Source: a virus
IMG/VR virus record: IMGVR_UViG_3300001688_000010
Direction: 5' to 3' (one strand)
Length of the DNA stretch: 39,860 bases
A model generated the notes under the pieces. The model had not been told where the DNA came from and made no database searches. It worked only from the letters and a program-made list of their open reading frames with translations. A program made the position numbers and the translations under genes. Of the stretch, positions 1-7,339 are shown one piece after another (positions within the stretch are counted from its first letter, which is position 1; each line of letters begins with the position of its first letter).

Positions 1-88
1 AGCCCCCGCAAGCATCACCGACGGCGACCTGGTGCTCGTCACCAGCGACCTGAGCGGCAGCTTCGAGGACACTGGCCTGGAGAACGAC
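1..88. repeat. Terminal redundancy: nt 1-88 are identical to nt 39773-39860 (closure of a circular or permuted genome, unit length 39772 bp)
   Basis: Direct comparison of the two window ends gives 88/88 identity. The repeat lies inside one continuous ORF. Confidence 0.95.
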
Positions 89-1327
89 CAGACCTACTTC
101 TGGCGCTTCTTCCCGTTCAGCGACCACGGCGTCTACAATCTCAACGAGGAGAACATCATCAGCGCGACCCCTCGCGCCTACATCCTCTACGGCTTCGAGA
201 TCAACAAGGCCAACAGTGACCCCGAGAGCTGCGTCACCTACACCGACATGGCCGTGGGCTTCACCCCCGCCCGCGTAAATTTGTCCACCGGCGCCTTCGA
301 CCCCGGCAGCTGGACCGAGGACGTGTTCTTCCGCCAGAACAACCACGTCTGGATGGTAAAGAGCGATGGCACTCCTGACTACCAGCTGAACGACAACGAC
401 TACACGAAGAAGCTGGACGGCTCTGCCTCTGACGTCAGCAACAGCGCCTACGACGGCAACGCCATGGTCCGCTTCGACACCGTCTGGATCAAGGCCTCCG
501 AGAGCGGCAACGTCATGAAGGTGCAGATCTGCAACATCCAGCTGGACGAGGACTTCCACGCCTACGCTCACACCCGTGAGGACGGCAGCATCATGGACTA
601 CATCTGGATGGCAGCCTTCGAGGGCTCCACCATCAGCTCCAAGATCCGCTCCATCAAGGGCGTCGCTCCTACCACCAGCCAGACCGGCGCCAACGAGATC
701 ACCTACGCGGCCAACAACGGCAGCCTCTGGGGCACTCAGACCTGGAGCCAGATCAACATGATCAATATGCTGCTGATCCTGATGGGCAAGAGCCTGAACA
801 CCCAGGCCGTGTTTGGCTACGGCCACTATGACGGCGGATCTCAGGCCAGCCATCTGCTGAAGACCGGCACGATCTCCGACAAGGGCGCCTTCTACGGCAC
901 CAGCGGCAACGTGGCCATGAAAGTGTTCCACATCGAGAACTACTACGGCGACGCCTGGAACCGCATCAGGGGCTGCGTGACCGACGGCAACAAGCAGATC
1001 CTTGTAAAAATGACCCCGCCCTACAATACCGCAGGCACTGGCTACACTGCGACCGGCATCACGCCCGGCGGTACTTCCGGCGGATATATCAGCGCGGCCA
1101 AGATGACCGCGAACGGCCTGATCCCTCAGACCGCGAGCGGCTCCGAGACCACATACTTCGCGGACGGCCTCTGGTTCGCTGCCTCGTGCTACGCGCTCGT
1201 GGGTGGCGACTGCTACGATGGTATGGTAGTCGGAGCATTTGCTTTGTATTTGGGCGATGCCGTGTCCCGTGCGACCTGGTACTTCGGCGCCGCGCTTTCT
1301 TGTGAACAGCCTTTGTCCGCGGCGTAG
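2..1327 (+). CDS. DGR target: distal tail-fibre / receptor-binding protein, C-terminal 441 codons. The 5' part of the same ORF is at 39552..39860; the full protein is about 515 aa.
   Basis: The open frame runs from position 2, and the listed ORF 32..1327 is an internal GTG. The frame is continuous with 39552..39860 through the 88-nt overlap. It is the last gene of the tail module. The C-terminus (GGDCYDGMVVGAFALYLGDAVSRATWYFGAALSC) contains the VR. Confidence 0.9.
   Translation, partial: APASITDGDLVLVTSDLSGSFEDTGLENDQTYFWRFFPFSDHGVYNLNEENIISATPRAYILYGFEINKANSDPESCVTYTDMAVGFTPARVNLSTGAFDPGSWTEDVFFRQNNHVWMVKSDGTPDYQLNDNDYTKKLDGSASDVSNSAYDGNAMVRFDTVWIKASESGNVMKVQICNIQLDEDFHAYAHTREDGSIMDYIWMAAFEGSTISSKIRSIKGVAPTTSQTGANEITYAANNGSLWGTQTWSQINMINMLLILMGKSLNTQAVFGYGHYDGGSQASHLLKTGTISDKGAFYGTSGNVAMKVFHIENYYGDAWNRIRGCVTDGNKQILVKMTPPYNTAGTGYTATGITPGGTSGGYISAAKMTANGLIPQTASGSETTYFADGLWFAASCYALVGGDCYDGMVVGAFALYLGDAVSRATWYFGAALSCEQPLSAA
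1194..1303 (+). repeat. DGR variable repeat (VR)
   Basis: 110 bp collinear with 1424..1533. There are 17 mismatches and all are at TR adenines. It lies within the last roughly 45 codons of the tail-fibre ORF. Confidence 0.93.
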
Positions 1328-1334
1328 CCGCGGA
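1316..1334 (+). promoter_or_regulatory. Perfect 8-bp hairpin (tccgcggc-gta-gccgcgga) 12 nt downstream of VR, spanning the stop codon. Candidate DGR target-recognition hairpin.
   Basis: The inverted repeat was read directly from the sequence. Its position relative to VR mirrors the hairpin/cruciform downstream of the IMH in Bordetella phage BPP-1. Confidence 0.55.
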
Positions 1335-1423
1335 CTCGGGGGGTCCGGGGGCCCTCCCCCGGTAACGGCGTGAACTGATCATTACCAGGGGCCCGGGCGG
1401 GCGCTTTAGGCGTCCTGCTGTTT

Positions 1424-1533
1424 CACTCGTGGGTGGCAACTGCAACAATGGTATGAAAGTCGGAGCATTTGCTTTGAATTTGAACAATGCCGTGTCCAAT
1501 ACGAACTGGAACATCGGCGCCGCGCTATCTTGT
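1424..1533 (+). repeat. DGR template repeat (TR), non-coding RNA template
   Basis: Cognate of the VR. It contains 28 adenines, of which 17 differ in VR. In the VR frame it reads GGNCNNGMKVGAFALNLNNAVSNTNWNIGAALSC, with 9 AAY codons. It sits in the intergenic space upstream of the RT. Confidence 0.93.
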
Positions 1534-1684
1534 CTACATCCCAATGAACCAGCCCGCCCGGGTCCTACACCCCAGGATCTTGAAATAGATCTACCAGCAG
1601 TGGAAATAAAGCCAAGACAAGGCACCGGCCAGTAAGCAGCAGGCCCGCAGCCGGTGAGGCGATAAGAAAGAAGACAACCTTGTT

Positions 1685-3034
1685 ATGAAAAGTTTCCGTA
1701 TTGACGACACGGCCGCAGCTTCCTCCGGAAGCATCGAGAGGGCCATGCTTAACGCATCAAAGAGAAAGAGGTCCAGGAAGGACGTCCAGCGCAGGCTGGC
1801 CAAGATGGAGGAGACCATCGCCACGCTCCAGGTCGTGATCGAGGAGCGCAACTACAACCCCAGACACCACGAGGCCATCGTCATCAACGAAAACGGACCC
1901 CACAAAGAGAGGCAGATCATCAAGCCGGACTACTTCCCGGAGCAGATCATGCACCACGTCGCTGTCCAGGCTCTCCATCCCTGCATCATGCACGGCATGG
2001 GCGCCTTCGTGCTCGGCTCCATCCCAGGACGCGGGGCGCACTACGGGAAGCGCTACGTCGAGAAGTGGCTGCGGCACGATGAAAAGAACACCAGGATCAT
2101 CGGCAAGCTGGACATCCGGCACTTCTTCCAAAGTGTCGACCACGAGCTGCTGAAGGCCTGGATCCATAAGAAAATACGGCCGGGGAAGATCCGCGACCTC
2201 TGCGATCTGATCATCGAGGGCGTGGAGGAAGGGCTCCCGCTGGGCTTCTACACGAGCCAGTGGTTCAGCAACTTCCTATTGCAGCCGCTCGACCATTTCA
2301 TCATGGAGGAGCTGCACGTCTCCCACATGGCGCGGTACATGGACGACATCGTGATCTTCGGATCCAACAAGAAGACCATCCATGCCGCCATGGAGGCCAT
2401 CGACTTCTATTTGTGGAACAACTTCCGCCTGGAGATGAAGAAGAACTGGCAAGTGTTCCGGATGGAATACGTCACGACCGAGTACGCCATCGAGTGCGAA
2501 AAGCTGGGCGATCTGTACGCCCTTCATGACGCGCTACCGGTGAAGCATCAGCTGAAAATGTACAAGGGCCGCCGGAAGATCTTCCTCAAAGCCAACGCCA
2601 GGAACGAGGCCGTCATGGACGAGTACCTGGAGAAGTACGGCGCCAAAGCGGAAACGGTCAGAATGACCCACGGGAGGGCTCTGGATTTTATGGGCTTCGA
2701 GTTCCATCGAGATCGGACCGTCCTCCGTAAATCAATTATGATCAGTGCCACACGCAAAGCAGCCCGGATCGGAGCAGCTCACCGGATCAACTGGGTGGAG
2801 GCTGCCGGGATGCTCTCATATATGGGCTGGATTGACCACACCAACACCTACGCGATGTATCTGGAGTGGGTCAAGCCGTATGTGAATATCAAGAGGCTAA
2901 AGAAAATAATCAGCAACCATCAAAGGAGGCTAAACAATGGAATTGATCTACAAAACCGTCAGGGGCTCCCAGCAGACGCGCCCGGAGGAGCTCGATCTCA
3001 CGTCGAGCCCGGACAAGGTGTATCTGCGTCGTAA
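1685..3034 (+). CDS. DGR reverse transcriptase (449 aa as given)
   Basis: RT motifs are present: KERQIIKP, GSIPGRG, KLDIRHFF, LPLGFYTSQWFSNFLL (DGR SQ signature), ARYMDDIVIFG, ALDFMGFEF. The RBS is weak. The last roughly 98 nt overlap the next gene. Confidence 0.92.
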   Translation: MKSFRIDDTAAASSGSIERAMLNASKRKRSRKDVQRRLAKMEETIATLQVVIEERNYNPRHHEAIVINENGPHKERQIIKPDYFPEQIMHHVAVQALHPCIMHGMGAFVLGSIPGRGAHYGKRYVEKWLRHDEKNTRIIGKLDIRHFFQSVDHELLKAWIHKKIRPGKIRDLCDLIIEGVEEGLPLGFYTSQWFSNFLLQPLDHFIMEELHVSHMARYMDDIVIFGSNKKTIHAAMEAIDFYLWNNFRLEMKKNWQVFRMEYVTTEYAIECEKLGDLYALHDALPVKHQLKMYKGRRKIFLKANARNEAVMDEYLEKYGAKAETVRMTHGRALDFMGFEFHRDRTVLRKSIMISATRKAARIGAAHRINWVEAAGMLSYMGWIDHTNTYAMYLEWVKPYVNIKRLKKIISNHQRRLNNGIDLQNRQGLPADAPGGARSHVEPGQGVSAS

Positions 3035-3266
3035 TATCACCACCGTCACCGAGGCCAACGCTACCACAGGGGAGTCCATCCAGCTCTGGCAGTACGACGA
3101 GGCCATCCTCACCCGGGAGGAGTACGCTCAGTACAAGGCAGAGACGGAAAACGCCGGTCAGAAGCAGATCATGGAGAAACTGCAAACGACCGCAACCGAC
3201 GACAGCCAGCTGATCATCATGGAGGCCCTCGCGGATCTCTACGATCTGATCGCTTCGCTGGCGTAG
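2937..3266 (+). CDS. Hypothetical acidic protein in an XkdW-like position downstream of the tail fibre
   Basis: ATG preceded by an AGGAGG RBS. Its synteny (tail fibre, small proteins, holin, lysin) resembles PBSX xkdV-W-X. No domain was recognised with certainty. Confidence 0.6.
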   Translation: MELIYKTVRGSQQTRPEELDLTSSPDKVYLRRNITTVTEANATTGESIQLWQYDEAILTREEYAQYKAETENAGQKQIMEKLQTTATDDSQLIIMEALADLYDLIASLA

Positions 3267-3279
3267 AAAGGAGGACGTC

Positions 3280-3417
3280 ATGGTAGAGCTCTACACCAGG
3301 CTGATCATCAACAAACGACGCACCATTGACTCCGTGCCGGCAGGCATGAAGTCGGAAGTGGTCGAGCGTCTGAAGGCGCTCGGCTTCGACACTAATGGCG
3401 ATCCCCTCGGGGAATAA
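3280..3417 (+). CDS. Small phage protein (45 aa), paralogue of 3463..3618
   Basis: AGGAGG RBS. MVELYTRLIINKRRTIDSVPAGMKSEVVERLKALGFDTNGDP aligns with MVDLYVALIIAGRRTIDQVPVKFREAVIADLNALGLDENGEP. It is below the ORF-track length cut-off. Confidence 0.6.
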   Translation: MVELYTRLIINKRRTIDSVPAGMKSEVVERLKALGFDTNGDPLGE

Positions 3418-3462
3418 GCCATGATCATCAACTTTATTTTACGAATTTTATGGAGGTACAAC

Positions 3463-3618
3463 ATGGTAGATTTGTATGTCGCTTTAATCATCGCAGGACG
3501 CAGAACCATTGACCAGGTGCCCGTCAAGTTCAGGGAGGCCGTGATCGCAGACCTCAACGCCCTCGGCCTGGACGAGAACGGCGAGCCCATGGAGGACTAT
3601 GGCGTCGCTTCTCACTAA
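3463..3618 (+). CDS. Small phage protein (51 aa), paralogue of 3280..3417
   Basis: Internal ATG of the listed ORF 3421..3618, preceded by GGAGG. It shares the N-terminal motif with the upstream gene. Confidence 0.65.
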   Translation: MVDLYVALIIAGRRTIDQVPVKFREAVIADLNALGLDENGEPMEDYGVASH

Positions 3619-3637
3619 GTAAAGGAGGAGCACGTCG

Positions 3638-4003
3638 ATGTCGCCAGAAGTTTCCAGCATTATCATCGCGCTGATCGCAGGTCTGACCGGGTCCGGAGGA
3701 TGCTCCATCATCCTCTACCTGCTCCAGCGCCGTGATAAGAAAAAAGACGGCCAGACCGAGGAGGACAAGCAGCGCGACGAGGCCACCAAGCGCCAGAGCG
3801 CGATGCTGCTCGGCCTCGGCCATGATCGGATCGTTTACCTGGGAAGCTGCTACATCGAGCGGGGCTGCATCACTCAGGACGAGTACGAAAACCTGCACGA
3901 CTATCTCTACGAGCCCTATCTGGCGCTCGGCGGGAATGGTACGGCCAAAAAAGTCATGGCGGGGGTGGAACGCCTTCCGCTGCACAAAAACAAGGAGGAA
4001 TAA
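3638..4003 (+). CDS. Membrane-anchored protein of the lysis cassette (N-terminal TM helix, charged linker)
   Basis: AGGAGG RBS. Hydrophobic N-terminus IIIALIAGLTGSGGCSIILYLL followed by a KKKD/E-rich segment. It lies immediately upstream of the holin. Confidence 0.6.
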   Translation: MSPEVSSIIIALIAGLTGSGGCSIILYLLQRRDKKKDGQTEEDKQRDEATKRQSAMLLGLGHDRIVYLGSCYIERGCITQDEYENLHDYLYEPYLALGGNGTAKKVMAGVERLPLHKNKEE

Positions 4004-4009
4004 AAACCC

Positions 4010-4237
4010 ATGAAGAAGATCGACTGGATCCGCAAGCTCACGAGCCGCAAGTTCTGGCTCAGTGTGGCTTCTTTCGTCTCCATGCTTATCGTCGCCCTGG
4101 GCGGCGCTGAAGCGACTGCCACTCAGGTCACTGGCCTGATCATGGCCGGCGCGACTGTCATCGGCTACGTCATCGGCGAAGGCCTGGCAGACGCCGGCAA
4201 CGCTTCCGGCGAGGGCTCCGGCGCGGCCGGAGAGTAA
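4010..4237 (+). CDS. Holin (phiLC3-like pattern)
   Basis: 75 aa. The N-terminus KKIDWIRKLTSRKFWLSVASFV plus two hydrophobic helices resembles phiLC3-family holins. It is directly upstream of the endolysin. Confidence 0.7.
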   Translation: MKKIDWIRKLTSRKFWLSVASFVSMLIVALGGAEATATQVTGLIMAGATVIGYVIGEGLADAGNASGEGSGAAGE

Positions 4238-4240
4238 GCC

Positions 4241-5677
4241 GTGAAGGTGACAGGGTCCTCCACTGAGAAGACCATCTGGAACTACTTCATCGTCAAAGGA
4301 ATGAGCCCCGCCGGTGTGGCGGGGCTCATGGGCAACTTATACGCCGAGAGCGGGCTCAATCCGCAGAACCTCCAGAACACCTACGAGAAGCGCCTGGGCT
4401 TCACGGACGCCAGCTACACGGCGGCCGTGGACTCCGGCGCCTACGCCAACTTCGTCCGAGACGGGGCTGGCTACGGCCTCGCACAGTGGACATACTGGAG
4501 CCGCAAGGAGGCCATGCTCAACTACGCGAAGAAGACCGGCGCGTCCATCGGCGACCTGATCATGCAGCTCGACTTCATGTACCAGGAGCTGAAGGGCTAC
4601 GTCGCCGTGTTCCAGGTGCTCCGAACAGCCCGGACCGTAAAAGAAGCGTCGGACATCGTGCTAACCAAGTACGAGCGCCCGGCCGACATGAGCGGCGCCG
4701 TCAAGGCTAAGCGGGCCAGCTATGGCCAGGCCTTCTACGACGCCTACACCACAGAGAAGGAGGTCAGCACCATGAGCAACAGCCCTCTGGTGACTTATAC
4801 CAACATCACCAAGAACAAGACCAGCCCTCGCAATCACGCCATCGACACCATCACGATCCACTGCATCGTGGGCCAGTGGACGGCCAAGCAGGGCTGCGAC
4901 TATTTTGCCACCACTGACAGGGAGTGCAGCGCCAATTACATCGTCGGCAAAGACGGCAGCATCGGCCTGTCCGTCGACGAGAGGGATCGCTCCTGGTGCA
5001 CTTCCAGCCGTGAGAACGACAACCGCGCCATCACCATCGAAGTCGCCAGCGACACCGAGCACCCCTACGCTGTCACCGATGCAGCGTACAGCGCCCTGAT
5101 CAAGCTGGTGGCCGACATCTGCCAGCGCAACGGCATCAAGCAGCTGGTCTGGTCTACCAACAAGGCCGACCGCGTGAACCACGTCGACGGCTGCAACATG
5201 ACCGTCCACCGCGACTACGCCAACAAGGCCTGCCCGGGCCAGTATCTCTACGAGCGCCACGGTGCCATCGCTGCGGCCGTCAATGCGATCCTGGGCTCCG
5301 GCACTACCCAGGCACCGGAAGCGGCTCCGGAGGCCGTCCAGGGCTTCCCTGAGACGCCCTTCACCGTCCGCGTCATCGTTCCGGATCTGAACTACCGCAA
5401 GGGCCCCGGCATGAGCTATACAGTCAAGGGCCAGACCGGCAAGGGCGTCTTCACCATCACCGAGGTGCAGGACGGCTGGGGCAAGCTGAAAAGCGGCGCC
5501 GGCTGGATCTATCTGGAGAACCCGAACTACTGCACCATCCTGGGCGTGGCATCAAAGCCTCCCGACCCGGATCCCGCAGACGTGCTGGCCGAGGAGATCG
5601 CCGGCAAGGTGAAGGGCTCCGGCCTGGATCCCGAGGACATCCTGAACAGGGTCGAGAAGATCCTGGGCGTGGCATGA
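4241..5677 (+). CDS. Multidomain endolysin: N-terminal phage lysozyme-like domain, central N-acetylmuramoyl-L-alanine amidase (Amidase_2/PGRP), C-terminal SH3-like wall-binding domain
   Basis: Motifs GLMGNLYAESGLNP..GYGLAQWT; IDTITIHC..ANYIVGKDG..ITIEVA..HRDYANKACPG; C-terminal VFTITEVQDGWGKLKSGAGWIY. GTG start. Confidence 0.9.
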   Translation: MKVTGSSTEKTIWNYFIVKGMSPAGVAGLMGNLYAESGLNPQNLQNTYEKRLGFTDASYTAAVDSGAYANFVRDGAGYGLAQWTYWSRKEAMLNYAKKTGASIGDLIMQLDFMYQELKGYVAVFQVLRTARTVKEASDIVLTKYERPADMSGAVKAKRASYGQAFYDAYTTEKEVSTMSNSPLVTYTNITKNKTSPRNHAIDTITIHCIVGQWTAKQGCDYFATTDRECSANYIVGKDGSIGLSVDERDRSWCTSSRENDNRAITIEVASDTEHPYAVTDAAYSALIKLVADICQRNGIKQLVWSTNKADRVNHVDGCNMTVHRDYANKACPGQYLYERHGAIAAAVNAILGSGTTQAPEAAPEAVQGFPETPFTVRVIVPDLNYRKGPGMSYTVKGQTGKGVFTITEVQDGWGKLKSGAGWIYLENPNYCTILGVASKPPDPDPADVLAEEIAGKVKGSGLDPEDILNRVEKILGVA

Positions 5678-5766
5678 TGGCGCTGATCGGAGCCGCTGCG
5701 CTCCTGATCATCAGCGTCGGCGCTGCCGGCTGCGCGATCACTGCGGCCGGCGTGTATATGGAATAA
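5674..5766 (+). CDS. Possible 30-aa single-TM peptide overlapping the endolysin stop (ATGA)
   Basis: MMALIGAAALLIISVGAAGCAITAAGVYME. The start is translationally coupled and the ORF is followed by a terminator. There is no homology evidence. Confidence 0.3.
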   Translation: MMALIGAAALLIISVGAAGCAITAAGVYME

Positions 5767-5770
5767 GCGA

Positions 5771-5803
5771 GAGCCCCGGCAGGTGCCGGGGCTCTTTTGC
5801 TTT
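5771..5803 (+). terminator. Rho-independent terminator of the late/lysis operon
   Basis: Perfect 10-bp stem gagccccggc/gccggggctc, loop aggt, then ttttgcttt. Confidence 0.8.
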
Positions 5804-7310
5804 ATACTGCAATTTTTAGAACGATATAGTCCCGCAGCACGAAGATCTCCGGAGTTCGAGTACCACTGCGCGGGCTCCACCATTCGGACCGTACTCGAAC
5901 TTTCGAGTGCGGTCCTTTTTCTCTTATATTGTAAAAAATCAGCGCCACGTCGTTCCGGACTTCGATCCTGGCCACGAACGTGTCGATCAGCCTCGCCCGG
6001 AAGTCGTCATCGGTGACGTCACCATCCCGGAAAGAGCGCAGCCAGGCCTCGACCACTTCACGAGTGAGTCGGGGCCTTTTTATTTCTGCCCGCTCGATCT
6101 CTATCACGAGAGCCTCCTCCTCGTCCTCCAGGGCGCTCAGACGAGAGACCAGGCCCCGGGCCCCGCCTTCCTCGATGGCGTCCAGCAAGTTCCTCTGGCG
6201 CTTCCTGACGGAGTCCAGACGGCGGCGGAGAGCAGCGACCGGGTCGTCGGCCAGCTCCTGCTCCTGGACCTCCAGGACGCGGACGGCCAGCTTGTCGATC
6301 ATGTCATCGGTCAGCATATCGTGGACCGTGGCCAGGATCACAGCGTCCTCCAGACGGTCCTGGGGGATCGCCTTCATCTCGCACTTCTTCCCGCGCTTCT
6401 TGTCTCCGCACTTGTAATAGTGGTACACCTTCCCGGTTTTACTGGTGCCAGCCTCTGCGTTAAGCATGGCGCCACAGTACCCGCAGAAGCATTTACAGCT
6501 CAGCAAATAGTCCACCTTCGCCCTCCCTGCTGCATTGTTGCGGCTCGTTTTGAAGTGTTGCGCGGCCTCCTGGAAGGTGGCCTCGTCAATAATCGGCTCC
6601 ACCGGCAGCCGGACACCCTGGACCTCAAACTCGCCCAGATACTTCCTGTTTCGCAACATCCGGTATATGACATTATGAGAGATCGGCCGGCCACGCTGGC
6701 CAACGACCCCATGGCTCCGGAAATGCTCCATCAGATCCTTCATCGTGGCGCCTGCAATGTGCATCTGGAACGCCTGGCGGACCAGGGCGGCCCGTTCTTC
6801 GTCGATGACTATATGACGGTCGGCGTCTACTTTGTAGCCTATGGGGAGCGGCTGGCCGCAATACTGGCCCTTTTTCGCTGTCTCCTTCATGCCTCGGATG
6901 ACCTTCTGCCGGAGATCGGCGGAGTAATACTCGGCCAGACCTTCCAGCACGCTCTCCAGGATGATCCCCTCCGGGCCCTCCGGGACGCTTTCCTTCGCGT
7001 ACATCAGCTTGACGCCGGCACGCTTCAGGGTCAATTTACCCAGAGCAATGTCCTGGCGATCCCGGCCGAAGCGGTCGATCTTCCACACCAGGACGCAGTC
7101 AAACAGACCGCGCTCCGCGTCCCGCAGCATCCGCTGGAACTCGTCACGGCCGACGACACTCTTGCCGGAGACCTTCCGGTCGGCATACACCTCGATGATG
7201 TCGATCCCGTTCTCCTCTGCATAATATTTACAATCAGCCACCTGGCCCTCGATGGACTGCTCCGTCTGGCGTGGGCCGGGTGAATATCTCGCATAAATGA
7301 CGCCGCGCAT
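5802..7310 (-). CDS. Large serine recombinase (phage integrase)
   Basis: N-terminal resolvase catalytic domain (VIYARYSPG..QSIEGQ, KIDRFGRD), recombinase domain, Cys-rich zinc ribbon (CKCFCGYCG..YYKCGDKKRGKKC) and a coiled-coil. 502 aa. Confidence 0.93.
   Translation of the reverse strand: MRGVIYARYSPGPRQTEQSIEGQVADCKYYAEENGIDIIEVYADRKVSGKSVVGRDEFQRMLRDAERGLFDCVLVWKIDRFGRDRQDIALGKLTLKRAGVKLMYAKESVPEGPEGIILESVLEGLAEYYSADLRQKVIRGMKETAKKGQYCGQPLPIGYKVDADRHIVIDEERAALVRQAFQMHIAGATMKDLMEHFRSHGVVGQRGRPISHNVIYRMLRNRKYLGEFEVQGVRLPVEPIIDEATFQEAAQHFKTSRNNAAGRAKVDYLLSCKCFCGYCGAMLNAEAGTSKTGKVYHYYKCGDKKRGKKCEMKAIPQDRLEDAVILATVHDMLTDDMIDKLAVRVLEVQEQELADDPVAALRRRLDSVRKRQRNLLDAIEEGGARGLVSRLSALEDEEEALVIEIERAEIKRPRLTREVVEAWLRSFRDGDVTDDDFRARLIDTFVARIEVRNDVALIFYNIREKGPHSKVRVRSEWWSPRSGTRTPEIFVLRDYIVLKIAV
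5886..5920 (+). terminator. Second +-strand intrinsic terminator, embedded in the 3' coding end of the --strand integrase gene
   Basis: 13-bp stem ggaccgtactcga/tcgagtgcggtcc (one G-U pair), loop actt, followed by TTTTT on the + strand only. Confidence 0.6.
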
Positions 7311-7339
7311 GGCATCGTCCTCCCTTCCCGGGGCTTTCG

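Larger units (their letters stand above)
1194..3034 (+). mobile_element. Diversity-generating retroelement cassette (VR - TR - RT)
   Basis: A VR/TR pair with adenine-only mismatches, plus an adjacent RT with the DGR-type motif 4 (TSQWFSN) and YMDD. Confidence 0.9.

Noticed and set aside
1-88. Terminal direct repeat as a biological DTR or cos-type end
   Set aside because: The repeat sits in the middle of a tail-fibre coding sequence, and the terminase is PBSX-like (headful type). It is best explained as assembly overlap of a circular or permuted genome.
1429-1635. Listed 68-aa ORF (MGGNCNNGMKVGAFALNLNN...) between the tail-fibre gene and the RT
   Set aside because: It is the TR read in the VR frame. 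It has a GTG start and no RBS, and its protein-like appearance is inherited from the VR homology. It is treated as a non-coding template, not a gene.
2937-3266. Small ORF downstream of the RT as a possible Avd accessory protein
   Set aside because: The protein is strongly acidic with a beta-rich-looking N-terminal half. Avd proteins are basic four-helix bundles. Its synteny fits a tail-fibre-associated XkdW-like gene instead.
5846-5880. tRNA-like string (ccggagttcgagtaccactgcgcgggctcca), possibly a tRNA 3' end or attP core
   Set aside because: No T-stem or acceptor-stem pairing can be drawn and there is no upstream tRNA body. Serine integrases do not characteristically target tRNA genes. It is kept only as part of the speculative attP region.
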